A DNA stretch of 58,133 nt, filler included, from Bipalium vagum (taxonomy: Eukaryota), in the NCBI GenBank assembly GCA_037834085.1. It is 3 parts of 3 records of this genome, joined end to end, with 100 filler letters (N's around TTAATTAATTAA, not from the genome) between each part and the next. Parts side by side here need not be neighbours in the genome. Positions count along the whole stretch, not along the records: positions 36,792 to 58,133 come from JBBMKC010236689.1; 2 more parts are not named here. One strand, given 5' to 3'. Of the stretch, positions 38,053 through 51,054 are shown one piece after another (the first letter of the stretch is position 1; every line of letters begins with the position of its first letter). Below the pieces are notes generated by a model. That model searched no databases. It saw only the letters and a program-made list of their open reading frames with translations, and had not been told where the DNA came from. The translations under genes and the position numbers were made by a program.

Positions 38053-38657
38053 ATATTTTAAATGAAATAAAAATTAAAAGATTTGTCTTTAATTTTATAA
38101 AGCAAGCGATTAAATATCTCAATCTGCTTTTTTCCCCATTTTTCAATCTATAAAGAACTTAAAGTGCTGCTTAGAAAGTGAGCTGGCTAGTAACAGACAT
38201 AAAGAATCAGAAAGGATTTTCATCAAGATCTTTATTTTTCTTTCTACCCGGTCGTTTTTAAGCATTTATAAATTTTACTGTCTCATATTTTGTTCTTTTC
38301 CAAAACCTAATATTCGGAGCTGTCTACTAGAGTGAAACTAAGCAAGAAGACTGCAGCATATGTTGGCGAGCCTTGGAATCAGAAAAATATGCAATAGATT
38401 CGTCACATTTATTTTATTGCGTCAATATTTTTGTGCTATTCCTTTTGATGAGGTCAACGAATTTCGTGACAGCACAGTCGACAAAATAACGCAATCACCG
38501 CATGTGATTATCTTTAAATATCAATTTCTCATTTCAAAAACAAGAGCATCATCGTTGACTTTTACGATGATCCATAAATGGAATATAAATTTTAGGTAAT
38601 GAAAGATACTTTTCATGACACATTTCAGATTTTAAAAATATATGTAATTTTATCGAA

Positions 38658-39494
38658 GAACTATTTAGGCGAACTTCTCTTTTGGAACACCAAGCTGTAA
38701 AAGGTTGTTCATGATTAGATGTTCACACAAAAAGCACTTTTATTAATGTTTTAGTAGAAATTAAAAAATAAACAACAATAAATAATAAGATAATATTTCA
38801 TCCTTCTTTAATCAAATAATTCAGTTTTTGTTTTATTCCATGTTCTTTTCGTAAATCCTTTATGAACTTAATTTTAAATCACAAATGTTTCATGTTTTGT
38901 GCCAGATATTGCTTTGTGAGTTCACTCAGATTGTGAAAAATCTTAAAATCGTCATTAATATCATAAAACTCGCCATCTGTGTAAGAAATCACCATTATAT
39001 CCTCTTGGAGCTGTTTTATTCATTTTTAAATATTTGATCATTATGTTCTCTTAAGTCAATATCCGTTTATATTTCCTTTACCGATGAAAAAGCTTTTTCA
39101 ATACCATTTTTTATTGTTGATATTTTAACTGAATTCCGTTATTATATTTATTCTTCGTTTTGCTTCCACCATTTTCTAAGGATCTCTTTCGATTTGAGCA
39201 TAAATTCTTTGAATTGAAAAGTTCATAGTTTTATGTTTTATATACCATAAATTAAGAACATCCTTTAGTATGAAGTTGCTTGGCAATATTATATCTTTCT
39301 TCGTTGTTTTTTTGGTCATTTTTGATTTTGAAAAATGTTTTTGCCAAAATATTATTTTAACAAATTAAAAAATTTAGACCAATAGTCTTTTTATGAAATT
39401 ATCAAGAAATAAGATAATTATAAATCAATGGTCTTAATGTAGAACTTGATCCAATTATGAGAAGTGGCCCAAAATAGAAGTTCGCCAATAGTTC
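38658..39494. mobile_element. ~840-bp TIR-bounded non-autonomous element, superfamily unassigned
   Basis: Left GAACTATTTAGGCGAACTTCTCTTTTGG versus reverse complement of right GAACTATT--GGCGAACTTCTATTTTGG; disrupted minus-strand reading frame inside. Confidence 0.65.
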
Positions 39495-40434
39495 ATATAA
39501 ACAAATCAACTCCTCATTATGATAAATTATGATATAGAAAAAAGATTGAAAAGATATTCAATTTGAAACCCATAAGAAATACGAAATTACCTTTTGTTGG
39601 CGTAATAAATTCCGATTCACCAATCAGATCAAAGTAGTTTTAGTCACAGTTTCGGGAAGTTATAATACATGAGTTCAATTTAAATCATTTTTTAAATAAA
39701 ATTAATAAAAATCAAAAACATTTTTAATACATTTTGAAAGTTTTTTTTATTTCAAAAAAATTTCAGTTATTGGTAAAATTAAAAAATCGATAAAATTTCA
39801 CATTAATTAATTCATTAAATTAATCATTAAAAGCCAATTGGTAAGAATAATTTTATGAAAACATTGCAACTGACTTTTTTGACTGATTTATCACTTTTTA
39901 ACGGAAAAAGTACATTTTTCGTCAAGAGGATTAACTATTGCAATAGAACGAAGTCATATTTTAATAGTTTAATAATTATTTATAATTAAAGGATCTATTT
40001 ATGGAAAAAGTGGGATTTTTTAAGAAGTAATTAAACGCTGGAAATTTTAGGAAAATAATAATTCAAAAAATTAATTATTTAATCAACATGTAATAATTAT
40101 CATGCTTTACGTTAAGATTTTCCTATTTTCCCATCAACTTTTCCCTCTAAATTCAAATAGTTTATAATATCAAATCATACATCCATTTGCCATTTCTCTT
40201 GACGAAAACGATATAACTTTGTAATCTCAAATAAATTGAATATTTGAACTCAGGATCGAGAGAAAAGTGTGGATCAAATACAATTTCTTATCAAAAAATA
40301 TCTGAAAATCTTGAATTTATGATCATGCTGAAGAGATTCCTCTTGCTTTCTTTATTGTAAAAGACAATATCTTTGGTTATTAGAAGAACATTCAGGAGAA
40401 TGCGTCGTTGCACGATAATCATACTTATTAATTA

Positions 40435-41253
40435 CTAAGCTGTTCAGAAAGTCTTTGTGAATTATTAGTTATTATCAGACCTTGATGAAGGGGCATTATG
40501 CATCATCTTAAAGAAAAACCACATCAAAATTGCAGAGAATTGTCGACAACACATGCCATTCCTATGTCGACCATCTATGAACATTTAATGCACCTAAATT
40601 ATGAAAATAAGCCACTAATACAAGATCCACATCAATTAAAAGTCGCACAAGCAAAAAAACGAATGGAAATTTACAAAAAACACTCCAAAAACCAGTTGGC
40701 AATAAATTTTGAAAAAAGAATTGTTACATGTAATAAAAAATGGATATTTCTGCGTAATCCCTATAACCAACGACAATGGGTTTCACAAGGGACTCAGCCT
40801 TTTTTTGTGTGTTTGGTGGAATTTCGAAGGTATCATACACTTCAAACTTGTTCCAGATGGCAGACCTTTAGACATCTTGATGCTGAGCAAATTGATCTAG
40901 TATACACAGTTTCGAGCTTTAATGATTAGAAGGCGTTAAACTACTTTATCAGTATGATAACGCTCCTGCTCATTGCTCTCGTGTAGCTTAACAAAAATTG
41001 AAGGTATTAGAGGAAATATACCACATTCTACATACGACTTATTCCATTCCATAGCTACTTTCTTACACGGTCAGCAATTCAATACATTTAACGAGCTAGA
41101 ATCGGCATGGCAAGGGTTCTTTATCTCTAAACCAAAGGAATGGTATCGGCGACAGAATGAATTTGCATTTTGATAAATGATAACGCTGTTTTTGTAAAAT
41201 TCTTTGTTAAATAAATGTAGACTTTATGCACTAAGACTTTCTGAACAACCTAG
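40435..41253 (+). mobile_element. Internally deleted mariner with both TIRs and TA target duplication
   Basis: TA|CTAAGCTGTTCAGAAAGTCTTTGTG versus reverse complement of right end CTAGGTTGTTCAGAAAGTCTTAGTG|TA (22/25). Inside: DPHQL, RIVTCNKKWIFLRN, LCVWWNFEGIIHFKL, YDNAPAH. Confidence 0.93.
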
Positions 41254-41337
41254 TATTATAATTACTATTATTATTATTGTGTAATAAATAAATAATTACA
41301 TCTAACAATATATTTTGTTTAAATAATATTTATATGC

Positions 41338-41339
41338 TA

Positions 41340-41409
<70 letters not shown>
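41338..41409. repeat. (ATT)n microsatellite
   Basis: Directly visible. Confidence 0.95.
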
Positions 41410-41603
41410 TTACGTATTATTCATTGTGATTTATTCATCTTAACAGCTCTCATTAAGTTAAGAAAAATAAAAAACTATAATTAAGAGTAATAGCAAATAT
41501 TTTAGTTACTTTAACGAAAATTCTTTTACGTAAAATTTATTTCAGTTTTGACATTCTTCCTCCAGTCTCTTTTCTTTCTGATTAATTGACAAGTCTAATT
41601 GAA

Positions 41604-41802
41604 TCAAGTGAAATGGTTAATGGATTTGTTGGACTGCAAAATAAAAGGAATTGTACCTCATTTTCAAATCCTTCTGAATATTCAATTTACAGTTGCTTTT
41701 ATAATGATTGAATAATGGGAAATGCTTTGTAAAACGTCGGATGACGACATGGTTACGGTTTCAATCGCACGTCCTCCGTAATTTGAAAATGGCCAGGCTT
41801 TG
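41604..41802 (-). CDS. Candidate terminal exon pair of an unidentified minus-strand gene
   Basis: ttctatag|41802-41691 KAWPFSNYGGRAIETVTMSSSDVLQSISHYSIIIKAT|gtaaat, 57-bp intron ending ttttgcag, then 41633-41604 SNKSINHFT*. GC-richer than flanks; no recognisable homology. Confidence 0.4.
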
Positions 41803-43590
41803 CTATAGAACTCGGTAAATGATAAAATAATTATTATGAGGACCGGCTTTAGTTTTGAAACAAGCAAAATGAAAGAATATTTTTATCCCGATATAATACG
41901 TAGTATATTTTTAATTTTTAACTGTGAATTCTGATTTTAATGATAATAAATCTAGTGATTAAGGGTTATTAATTTATTAAAAATTACTCAATTTATCAAT
42001 TAATTAAAAATTATTTTATTTATTTATTAATTAATGAATTTAGTAATTTATGACATCGTAATTTATTGACATATTAATTTATTAATGTGTTAGTTTATTG
42101 ATTAATTATTGGTCTTTTAATTTATTAAGAAATTAATTTTTTAATTTTTTTATTTTTCAATGTTTTATTTTTTTTTACTTAGTTATTTTTTAATATTTTA
42201 ATTTTAAAAATTTTTAATTTTTAAAATTTTTTTATTTAATGAAAAATTATTGTTTTAATTTATTAATTTTTTATTTATTTAAATATTAATTTATTTAAAT
42301 ATTTATTTATTAAGTAATGGAAATATTTAATTATTAATTTATTGAATTATGTATTTTTTGATTTCTATTTATATTTCTGAAGTATAGCATTCAATTCAAT
42401 AATTTGGATAAAAGTTATATTTTATTATTTTTTTTCCGAATTGTCTTCATCCTGAAATATTTGTTCGTAAATCTTGGTCATTCCTAAATGAAGTAGAAAT
42501 TCAGTGAAATTGAGAAGAGTGAGGCCGATATTTTTATAAATAATTTTCAAAACAGCTTTACTATTTTTACTATAATAATTATCTGAGTCAATTTGAGATT
42601 AATGCTGACAAACAAAATTTTCCATTTGGAAATAAATCTCATTTCTTTTTCATTTACTTAGTTGAGGAAATAGTTTGATCTAAGCATTTCCATTGAAGAC
42701 TTGACAGGTTTTATAATTTAGTCTGTGATTTAAGTAAGCCGTTAACTTTAAACATCATCCCCTCAGTGTTCAAGTAACGGACTCAAACAAACGAAATAAA
42801 TTCTTGCGTAAGTTTCAAATTATCAATTTGTTAATATATTTTAATATTAATATTAATTTGAAAGAAAGATCGGATCTATTTCGAGAGAAGATTCTGTTTT
42901 AAAAAAACGAGTTTTTAATTTCTAATTAAGTAATAAGTCTGGTTATAAGTAAATAAGGGACAGTTTTTTTTTCATTTTAATTTTTTTTTTATCATTTGTT
43001 AGAAATTTTTTTATTAAATTTTTTATTATTGATTTAGTTTTCAACAAAAGTTACTGACTGTTGAGTTGAAAAGATGAGATAGGTTGATACAATGTCGATC
43101 GTATTTGTTTTCGTCAGTTGTTTGGAAATCCAAAGTTTTTTAATATTCTATAACAGTTAAAGTGAAATATTTATTTTTCAATAAATATATTCAATATAAA
43201 TTATCGAAATTTAAATTAACGAAGTGCTTTGATTATTTGTTGATTTATTTAAACAATGATTAAAAGATAGTTAAATACTTATTCATACATCTAATATAAA
43301 TAATATAGAAATAATAACAGGAAAATACGTGATTCTAAATTGGACATTCTGTCAAATATTTTTCGGTATAAATTAGAACTTTCTCTCTATAGAAATAAGA
43401 ATAAAATACCGTGTTTTCCATAACATAAGACAGGGTTTTATAATAAGTATCTTCTTAATAAATGACTGAAACTAGATCTTATAATCTAAGTAGGTTTATG
43501 TTTAAAGGACTTTATGAAAAGAATAAAATATATTTAAATAGTTTTTTCAATGATAGTCATTCCATTACCTGCAAAGATATAATCAAAGGT

Positions 43591-43830
43591 TCATTCATAC
43601 AGAGTTAATATTTGAGAATCTTGTTCTTCAAGAGATCTACAAACTGAAGTTCGCAATGGTTCATGTTTTGAAATTAATGCTTTTTCGAATGTGTAGTTTG
43701 AGTCATGATAGTCGACTAGAAGCTCATTCTTAATCTTTTCCCATGATCTCTTAACACAGGTAACCACTTCCAATAGTCTTGGTTTAACAAAGTTTACTTT
43801 TATAAAGTCTCCCCATAACTCTTTTTTTAA
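43591..43830 (-). mobile_element. Probable pogo/Tigger (DDE-1) transposase C-terminal remnant
   Basis: LKKELWGDF...VKPRLLEVVTCVKRSWEKIKNELL resembles the P....v..Wv..aW..i motif after the last catalytic Asp of pogo transposases. Confidence 0.5.
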
Positions 43831-44084
43831 TAATAAAATTTTTTAAAAAAAATTATTTTAGAACCCATTTTAAATATTATTTTTAAGAATTTTTAAAAAA
43901 AATTATATTGATTTATTAGGTAATTAAAAAAATCATTTAAACCTTTTAGTTTTTAGAGCTCATTTATTTTTTATTATGATTTACATTATGAAGAACGCGG
44001 TAGTTTAAAAATATTTTATAAAGAATTGTCTATTAATTTAATTACGATTGGCATTGGTATTGTAGTTAAAAATTCTCTCTGTGA

Positions 44085-44219
44085 TAAAGATCCTTCGGAC
44101 CTTCTCAGTTGACACAACACTTGGTTCGTAGACTTCACAAATCTTTTGATGGTAATTTGTGCACTTTTACCCTTCTTAAAATGAAATAAGTGTCAAAAAT
44201 GGTTTGTCGACAGTTCCAT
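44085..44219 (-). mobile_element. Mariner N-terminal fragment
   Basis: MELSTNHF*HLFHFKKGKSAQIT..ICEVYEPSVVSTEKVRR. Confidence 0.65.
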
Positions 44220-44436
44220 TTCAAAAAATTACTAAATAATAATATTTCTATTTAAAAATACCGCAGCTTATTTTAATCGATTCATTTTTTATTTTAGTAA
44301 TTTAGTTAAACAAACAAAACTTATATAAAAATATTCTTAACTTAAAAAGAATTCATAAAATATCCCTAAATTTATTATTTTTCGAATTATTTTAATTTAT
44401 TTATGTATTTAAAATTATTTTATTTAAAATAATATA

Positions 44437-45180
44437 CAGTCAAACCGCGTTATAAGGAACAGGTTTGTACAGATATATTATAGATATCGAATAATTCATA
44501 ATATTTAATGACCTTTATCAATTGAAGTTTAGCAGATTCAATTTGCTGTAGATTAATATTTCCGCTTTTATCAGATAAAAACTTGGATTTCAAATTATGT
44601 CGCTTTTTAAATCTTCAATATTCAGCTTAGTAGCGAATTTAGTAGCTTGGACTTTCATAAAATCTTCAGTCACATTTTGATTTTTCGATGAAAGTTGATT
44701 AATAGATAACTGTAGACGTTTTTTCAATTCTTCATATTTAGGCATCCTGGTCTTTTAGTGGAATCAATTTGATCTGAATTTGTTGTTGCCACACTTTTAG
44801 AAAGCTTTAAAACAGTTTTTTAATTACTGCTTTACCAAAATTATTTGAAAAATGTTTTGCTACCTCTTTCAAATTGACTTTCTTGTGCTGTTGTAGATGT
44901 TGACTATTTTTAGATTTTTAGTGGTTATTTAATGCGATTCGTGCATTCATTTTATTATTACTAATTTTCGTTGTTATGGTATACTATTATTTAAAGAATT
45001 TTAAACAAAAATAAAGATTTCATAAATTTTAATGAAGATTTTATAAATTTATTACCCTTTATAACGGGAGTCCTTTATATCGGAGGAATACAATGTTTTT
45101 TTATATAAAAATTGGTTCCCAAAAAATTGTGATTAAAGTGTCCCTTATAACGGCGTTTTCCTTATAACGAGGTTTGACTG
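44437..45180 (-). mobile_element. Internally deleted pogo/Tigger element (744 bp) with TIRs, TA TSD and decayed CENP-B-type HTH
   Basis: TA|CAGTCAAACCGCGTTATAAGGAA versus reverse complement of right end CAGTCAAACCTCGTTATAAGGAA|TA (22/23). Minus strand MNARIAL...NLKEVAKHFSNNFGK and TRMPKYEELKKRLQL...VTEDFMKVQATKFATKLNIEDLK; no DDE domain. Confidence 0.92.
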
Positions 45181-45404
45181 TATATAATGTATATAGAATC
45201 ATAAATGAAATGTTTTCACTTTTAAAAAAGAGTTAAATTTCTAGATATATAGTGGACGAAATTGATTAACTTCCAGACATAATTTTGAAAATTCTATTGA
45301 AGAAATTTACTATATATTTTTTTAAATACCTTTTGGTAAGTGCATAAAGGTTATAAAAATATTAAAGAGATCATATAAGGCAAATTTCCAAAACATATTT
45401 AATA

Positions 45405-45880
45405 ATTAATATCCTGTTTGAGCTCCGTTTAATTTAATGACATTAAAATTACGTTTTTTCAAGGATAACACCAAGTTTCTTGTTATATTTATGTCAATGT
45501 CATTCCAACAATGTCGGATATGCTTTTCTAAATCAACAGTATGGTTAAATTGTGTCCCATTGGCGTTTAACGATGATACCCCTTAGATTTTCTATTGGAT
45601 TCAAGTTTGGACTAAGTGATGGCCAATTTAAAACATTAACGTTTTTATCTTAAAGCCATTTTTTCGTCACTTGGAACCATGAATAAATATATTATCATGT
45701 TGAATCAAGAAATTTCCCGAAAATTATAGGTCTACATCTATTAAATGAACTGAAAGTAAATCTATATAATCTGTTGCCTTCATTTTAAGGGATATAAATG
45801 CTAAAGGTAACTTCTCGGAGAATAAAAACGCTTCATATATCATCAATGATCCTCCGCCAATCCTCTTAAACTTGAACAAC
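45405..45880 (-). mobile_element. Decayed Tc1/Tc3-like (DD34E) transposase, C-terminal half
   Basis: GGGSLMI, QHDNIFIHGSK, NVLNWPSLSPNLNPIENL, CWNDIDINITRNLVLSLKKR..VIKLNGAQTGY*. Confidence 0.88.
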
Positions 45881-48589
45881 AAGGGTCAATCATTAGTTCA
45901 TTGAAATTATTAAATATTAATTAACAATAATAATAAAAAAATATTGATATTTTAAAATTTATTAACATTTTATTTAGAAAATAAAATAAATTAAAAATTT
46001 AATTGTTATTTTTATTATTTGAGAGATTATCTTTACATTTCACTCAGAACTGTTCCGACTTTTGCTTTCTCACAACATGATTGTTTGTAAATAAATGAAA
46101 AAAGACGAATTTTCACTGAAAATAATTATATTATTTATTAAAATTAAATTTTCAAAATATATTCATTTTTCTTTAGCTTGTATTTTCAGTTAATAATGAC
46201 ATATTTTTATTAATAAAAATAAAATAAAATTGTGATATTTCCTTTGGTGTTCAACCGCTAAATTGTGCTATTTTTTCAGAACCAGACAACAATTAGAACA
46301 AAAAATAAAATTTTCTTCTCTAAAGAATTTACCAGAGAATAAAAGTGGAATTATAAAAATTATTTGTAAATTTAAACCTTTTGTTTTATTTTCAAAAAAA
46401 TAAATAAAAATATAAATAAAAATATTTTACAATTTATGATTTACGGAAAATTGTCATGTATAAAACCAGACACAATATTATTGAAATAATCTAAATATTA
46501 ATTAATTATCAATCGCTAATTTTTTTATTTCTCTATTTTATTATAATTCTAAGATACAAATCATAATTTCGTGATATAATTCGAATTTTTTGGAAATTCA
46601 ATTACAATTAAAATAAAAAATATTTTTTTTCAAAATAAAAATATTCAATATTTAATTTTACCAACGAAATTGTATTTCTGAATTTTTAATGTTGAAATTA
46701 TCTCAAAAGATCAATTTTCAAATGAAATCAATTCCCAATTTAATTAATAATAAACTTCATAGATTATGCATTTTCTGTTGTTTTTTAAATTTCTGTAAAG
46801 AGTAATACAAAAAGGAATGAAAATAATTAATAAAAATCGTAATAATAAATGAAAGTTAATTAATTAAAATCAAGATAAATTATAANNNNNNNNNNNNNNN
46901 NNNNNNNNNNNNNNNNNNNNNNNNNNNNNNNNNNNNNNNNNNNNNNNNNNNNNNNNNNNNNNNNNNNNNNNNNNNNNNNNNNNNNNNNNNNNNNNNNNNN
47001 NNNNNNNNNNNNNNNNNNNNNNNNNNNNNNNNNNNNNNNNNNTTAGTATTATTGTAATATAAGTAGTAGTAGTCGTAGTATTAGGGAAACCCTAATGTAT
47101 CTAGATTTTTAATTTTCAAACTGTTTATTTTGCCCGGAACGTTCTGTACAAAATCCCTAATTCCTAAATACAAGTTGCCAAAAATTAGTCATTGTCAACC
47201 TGAAGTCTCAATAATGTTTTGGAGTGTTTCAGCGTTTGATTTTCTGATACTGAAATGACACAGAATTACTTTGTGCAAATGGTGATTAGTTGGTACATAT
47301 TCCGCCAACTAAAAGTATTTGAAAAAACTGGTGCTCGTAATTTGAGAATGATTTTGAACAATATTCAAACTGCATAAAATAAATTAATTTGTTCTAGCAA
47401 ATAAATTACTTTTATTAATAAAATTGTTTTATAAAGACTCACTTTCCGCGCACACATTTAATATCGTAAAATATAAATAAAATTCAAAATTTCATTTCAT
47501 TTCAGAAAGAAATTTTTATCCAAATTACTTTGACATCAACTCTGAATAATATTCTCGATTTTTATTAATTGTTTTATAAAATGGAATATTTTGTAATTGA
47601 ATATCAGGAAAATAATTATTTATATTTGCTTGATTAATATGAATCAGATCGATTTAGAACATGCCTCAAATAAATAATAAAGTTGCCAATTCTATTATAA
47701 TTAAGATCTCTTTATCGTTTCATACAGTTCATTTGATGAATGGTTTCTAAACTAATGAAACCAAATAGNNNNNNNNNNNNNNNNNNNNNNNNNNNNNNNN
47801 NNNNNNNNNNNNNNNNNNNNNNNNNNNNNNNNNNNNNNNNNNNNNNNNNNNNNNNNNNNNNNNNNNNNNNNNNNNNNNNNNNNNNNNNNNNNNNNNNNNN
47901 NNNNNNNNNNNNNNNNNNNNNNNNNNNNNNNNNNNNNNNTAATAATAATCGATTAAAATTTATCAAAATAAAATTCGATTTATTCTCTTAAAAATAACTA
48001 TTATTATTAATATTATTACTATTGAACGATTTCAAAGATATCACAGTATTTGAAAAAGAATATTTTACAAAAGGTAATTATCATGTAATTAAAATAATTA
48101 TATTTCTGTAAAAAAGTTTTCAAATTGTTTTTTGAGATATTTAGAGACGTTTCATTAATTGGTGATTGTTTAAAGCAGAAGCATATTCTCTTACTTGAAA
48201 TGGCCTATGATAAATCATTAATTTTTTGGGGATTTTTTCTTCATAACGAAACTTTGCAACGTAATTAAAACGTACATATTTTTTTCCTTATGTAATAATT
48301 CTCCACATTATTTCTAATTTGTTCCTTCTCCTCCTCTTTTAATAGTAATTATTAAATGAGTAAGAAATTAATATTTCAAGAGAATAAGGTTTTTCCCAGA
48401 TTTTATTTTCTTATTTCAGGCTGAATTGTAATATTTTTTATAATTAAAAGCAAGATTAAAACAAAACTGAGATATGAGCATAAAGTATTTAAGTGATTTG
48501 ATTCAGTCTTATTTACTTGGACGTCTTTTTTTGTGATGTATATAATCCATAAATATATTTTTGAAATTAATTAACATTTATTAAAATAA

Positions 48590-48594
48590 TAAAA

Positions 48595-48642
<48 letters not shown>

Positions 48643-48660
48643 CAACAATAATAATAATAA
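48590..48660. repeat. (AAT)n/(AAC)n compound microsatellite
   Basis: Directly visible. Confidence 0.9.
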
Positions 48661-50799
48661 ATTATAATATTAACAAATAATATTAATACTAATAATAAAT
48701 ACTAATAATATTAATATTATTAATAATAATAATTTTAGCGTACTTTCAGTTATGCATGTGAATTCTAATTTTAAATTTCCGTATTAATTAAATTAATAAT
48801 AATAATGATAATAATAATAGTAGTAATAGTAATTATCGAAAAGTTTGTCGATTATTTTTGGCAAACAGTTTCACTATTTTATTTTGCTGAATAATTGTTG
48901 AAAAATATTTTTTTAATGAAAAATTTTTATTTTATTTATTGTACATTTCCAATAAATATGTATTGTTTATGAATATTTACAATCTTACAAGTGATAATCT
49001 GCTTAAGTGATTATCTCTTAATCCAATTTTTGCCTGCTGAAACAATTTTTACAAATATAAATAGTAATGATAGTAAAAATGATAATAATAATAATAACAA
49101 AATGATAATGATAATAATAATATTATTATTATTTATTTATAGTTTTATGAAATAAATTATTTAATTTAGAATATTGCACCTCTTGTCCTTACTTATTATA
49201 ACAATTATTTTTTGATGAAAGTTTTTGTTGAAGATATGAAATGATTCTGCTTTGGTTGAGACAGAATTATTTTCCTCTTTATGTGAAAGATGTAATAAAA
49301 ATGACAAGACTCAGACAAAACATATCACCTTTTGATGGTTCACCAGTTGCCATTAGTGATCTGTTGTAAAAGGTGATAAGAATAAATAGCTTACATCAGC
49401 TGACTAGGAGGTACCACCAAGGCTCGTCTCGGATTATCTCTCAAATTATTCGTGATATTTTTGACATAATACTTTTGGGATCAGGATTGTTACTATTTAT
49501 ATTTATATTTTGGCTAGCTTATTATATCTCTTTCCTGGCCAAATGTTTTTGGCTAAAGTATTCAAAGTTCGTTATTAATTTCATTAAGAATTTTTTATAT
49601 AACCATGTTGATGTGAAATACGCCAAAGATCGATTTAAATAAATTTACATTTCGATGAAATTGATTTATTATTTATTTATTAAATTATTGATTTTCAGTA
49701 AAATGAACCATTTACAAATTGAAAAATATTAATATTAATTATGTTATGTGCAATAAATTAATAATGATCTCTAACATAACATGTTTCATTGAAATATTAT
49801 TTCTATGCCATTATTNNNNNNNNNNNNNNNNNNNNNNNNNNNNNNNNNNNNNNNNNNNNNNNNNNNNNNNNNNNNNNNNNNNNNNNNNNNNNNNNNNNNN
49901 NNNNNNNNNNNNNNNNNNNNNNNNNNNNNNNNNNNNNNNNNNNNNNNTTTATTTTTTGTATTATTATTATCATTACTTTTATCAAATTTTTATGCATATC
50001 AAAATTAATTTTGACTATATTTAGATATTTTTTTTATTTATTTTCATGACCTTGATGAAACTCCGTAAATAAAATAAAAATGGTAAAATTTATTTTTATT
50101 TATTAGTTTCGGAACAGTGGATCATTTTAAAATATATATATTGACTACCTCATTAAAAATATATATTATCTGAAAAATATCGTGTCATATCGAAAAATTA
50201 TCTCTAATTATAAAAATAATGTTTATTTCCTCTTAATATCGCAATTGATGAAATGAAATATGTGAGGACGTTGTATCAAAACGGAGGAAATAAAGTTGTC
50301 TGTCAGTTTTGTGTGAAAATATATTTTATTTAAATCTATGTATTTTTTGGAACCACTTTAAAATAGGTTTTGTTTAAATGAATAACTGATGAAAAATATT
50401 TTAAATTTAAGTAAGAATTTTGAATTGAAAATTGATTTAATTCCTTTTTATTTTGACAATGGAAATTTCTCTAAAGCTGAAAGCAGGGAAATCAAACCCC
50501 AAAGAAATGTGATTAAATCCCCACGTACATATTTTACATTATCAAACTTGTAAAGAAACTGGAAGTTTTGTCAATATATCTCATGGACTATATGTCTATA
50601 TTTAGTGAACGTAAATTTTCAATTGCTGATATGGATGATAGGACGTCCATTCGACAATTATCATGGGAAACTAATTTTTTCATCTGTCTCGGTTCAACGA
50701 ATTTTAAAAGATAAGAAAGTATGACCTTTCAAATTACAGCTTCTAAATGAGCTGAAACTAGATGATTATGATTGACGAAAAATAAAAGTCGGGTTTTAT

Positions 50800-51054
50800 T
50801 CCAGGAATTCTTGTCAATATGAAGCACCCGGCAGGTCTTCTAATAGTCCAGAATTTATTCCCACAGAAAATTTATCATAAATAGTCAAGCGTCGTGTAGA
50901 GATTAGAAAACCAATAAATCTTGATGAATTAATAAAGTTCTTATATGAAGAATGGATTACGATTGGTATGGACATCTTAAATAATTTGGTTAACTCGATG
51001 GCGGCCAGATGTTTAGCACTTATGGATTCAAAAGTAGAAAGAATGGCTCAGTGA
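50800..51054 (+). mobile_element. Decayed Tc1-like transposase C-terminus
   Basis: SSNSPEFIPTENL..IVKRRVEIRKPINLDELIKFLYEEWITI..DILNNLVNSMAARCLALMDSK. The remnant probably extends upstream to about 50440. Confidence 0.8.

Noticed and set aside
39590-39660. Minus-strand exon NYFDLIGESEFITPTK with a good donor
   Set aside because: An in-frame TAA precedes it with no acceptor in between.
47712-50049. ORF-track entries containing X runs
   Set aside because: They are open only because they cross N gaps.
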